A stretch of 64,000 nt of DNA, from the NCBI RefSeq assembly GCF_026210795.1, contig NC_089432.1:5146001-5210000 (forward strand), written 5' to 3'. Every line of letters starts with the position of its first letter. Positions within the stretch are counted from its first letter, which is position 1. Positions 61,755 through 64,000 of this stretch are shown in pieces. The translations under genes were made by a program, and so were the position numbers. A model generated the notes under the pieces. That model was not told the DNA's origin and searched no databases. It was given only the letters and a program-made list of their open reading frames with translations. This DNA comes from Rhizophagus irregularis. Lineage: Eukaryota.

Positions 61755-64000
61755 TAGAAATGCTTTATTCGCAGATTCTAATGTTTTCTTCTAATAAATG
61801 TTTTATATGCTCCTTTTCTTTTCTACCTGGCGAGAATTTAAGAAATATATACTAAAATAATTTTTATTTTTTATTTTTATATTTAAAATATTTGATAATA
61901 TTTAATAATTTTTTATTTAATTTTTATACGCAATTTTAATACACGATTAATAAATATATTACAATTCTTTAATAATGGAAGTTTGTTATTTAAAAGTATA
62001 ATAATCCAACTTATCCAATATTTTAATCTTTATTTTTAAAAAAAATTGAGAAAGTATTAATATTTTACCTAATAAAAATTTTGTGGAGCGTATAAATTAA
62101 ATTTTTACAAAATAAATAAATTTTAAAAGTATACCATTTTCTTTTTTTTTTTGTTTATTAAAATGAATGAAACCCTGTAGTGAAACCTATTCAGTGTGAT
62201 GTTAAATATTGCACTTATTTAATTTATCAATTTATTTACGTCTATCATTCACATGTTTTTGCATATCATATTATCATTTTTTTTTCGTTATCATTTCTTT
62301 AATAAAATAAATGTCATATGTGCAATAAGTAAAGTTGATCATCTAGTTCTACTCTAAAAATTCTAAAAAGGATTTATTAAATAAAGATTTTAAATAGGAA
62401 GTGCAACATAAATATTGTAGCGATCGATTGATCACGTGACCAAAATTCAACTTAATCACGAGATGACGATCAATGTTTCGAATGTTTCGAATGTTTCAAA
62501 TGTTTGATGTGTTAAATATGTCAAACATGTCCAATATGTCAAACATAGTAAATATGTATTATATATTAGATATAATTAATTAGAGTAAAATAATTATAAA
62601 TAGTGAAGCATTTGTAGCAGAACGAAAGTATTAAAGTTCAATGGAGTTTTCTAATAAAAAAGTGATTTTTGTTTAATTCTTTATTCGTGTTGGGAGTATA
62701 ATTATGCCGACGTAAAGTGCTATACCACACGTCTGATTGGATTGTTTATTAAGTATTTTTACATATAGTTTATTTATTGATTGTACACACATATCTAAAT
62801 ACCTTCTGCTTACCCTTCTCCTTTTGTTTACGTTTGTAAACGATAAAGAAGTAAAGAACTGGCTTAACAATATTGTTTATCGTGTCATTGTGTAATTTGC
62901 CGATCATTTGTTGATCATTATCAAATTTAACCCTCATATCAAATAATTCGATTATAGATTTTTTTGTACCGAAATGTTGATCATATCCTGGAATGCATTA
63001 GATCATTGACAATCATTTGTTAAAATGAAAATTTATGGATTAGATTTTGCATTTAATCTAACCACAAATTTGGATGAAAAAGTCTCAACTAATTTTATAT
63101 AATGTTAGTTAGTATTGCGAAGCTAACGTTTTTTGCCATTTTTGTTTTACCCTTTTCTCTTTTTTATTTTTGATCTACCTTTTTTTCTTTCATAAAAATA
63201 TATAATTAATAATTTAATTTTTTATTAATAATCTATATAATTAATATAAATTAATTTGAATTGGCTGATTCGTATTTTTTATGGTTAAGACCCGATTGAT
63301 TGGCAAGTCATGTTGCACATTTAATTAATCGGAATTTTTTTTTTCAAATATTTATTTTTTTTTTCAATTTCTTTGGTTTTTTCTTTTTTTCAAATTTTGT
63401 CATTTCTCTTTCGAAACACCTTTTCTTTTCCTTTTTTTTTCTTTTTTTAAAAATTTTTCGTTTTTTTTTCTCTTTTTGTTTTTTTTTTATTTTTTCTTGG
63501 TTTTTTTTCCAAAACCGAAAAATTATTATTATTTTTTTTTATTAAATAACTTGTATTATTTTTTTTGATCTTTCATTATTTTTCCCCAATTTTTTTTTCT
63601 TTTTCTTTTCAAGTTTTTTTTTTTTCTTTCCTTTTCCTTTTCGGTTCCCAATTTTTCTTTTTGCCCCTCCTCACAATTTTTTTTTTCAGTTTTTTCGAAT
63701 TCTTTAAACCTTTTTCTTTTTTCAGGTTGGCTTTGGCTTTTTTTCTAATCTGAAAAAATTTTTTCACCTTTCTTTTTTCGGGTTGGCATTTTTTTTTAAA
63801 CCGAATTTTTCACCATTAGGTTTGGATCGGGTGATCAGATCGGTGCTGCAGGCAACAGTAAGCACCTTTTTTTTGTTTCTTTTTTCTTAGCTGTTAGGAT
63901 TTTTTTTTTACTAATACTTTTTACCCTTAATGTTTTTTTTTTATTAACGAAAACTTTATTAGTACTGAACCAATTACATTGTAATCAAACCCATATTCAC

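Noticed and set aside
63300..63800. Phe-rich ORFs
   Set aside because: Poly-T low-complexity sequence, possibly low-quality assembly

Overview
Very AT-rich, intron-containing fungal DNA with the gene families typical of Glomeromycota (Rhizophagus-like arbuscular mycorrhizal fungus): TKL kinase-Sel1 genes, a tandemly amplified F-box/LRR-like family, a PD-(D/E)XK gene, a secreted ML-domain protein, and many nested hAT elements, MITEs, LINE fragments and a solo LTR. The outstanding feature is a 14.4-kb, GC-richer, intron-less element (25973-40406) with ~516-bp nearly identical terminal inverted repeats, inserted into a small hAT MITE. It has the Polinton/Maverick toolkit: chromodomain rve integrase, protein-primed PolB, A32-like packaging ATPase, D5/SF3 helicase and a zinc ribbon. 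I see no double-jelly-roll capsid or adenain protease. Instead it has a Ty3/Gypsy-like Gag plus retropepsin ORF, reachable from an upstream coiled-coil ORF by a -1 shift at U-UUA-AAC, and no RT or RNase H. Nine of its ORFs are preceded by an AWTTGAA-type motif 22-45 nt upstream of the ATG, and most are followed by a T6+ run, resembling transcription signals of cytoplasmic DNA viruses and linear plasmids. All calls come from reading motifs by eye; no database searches were run.
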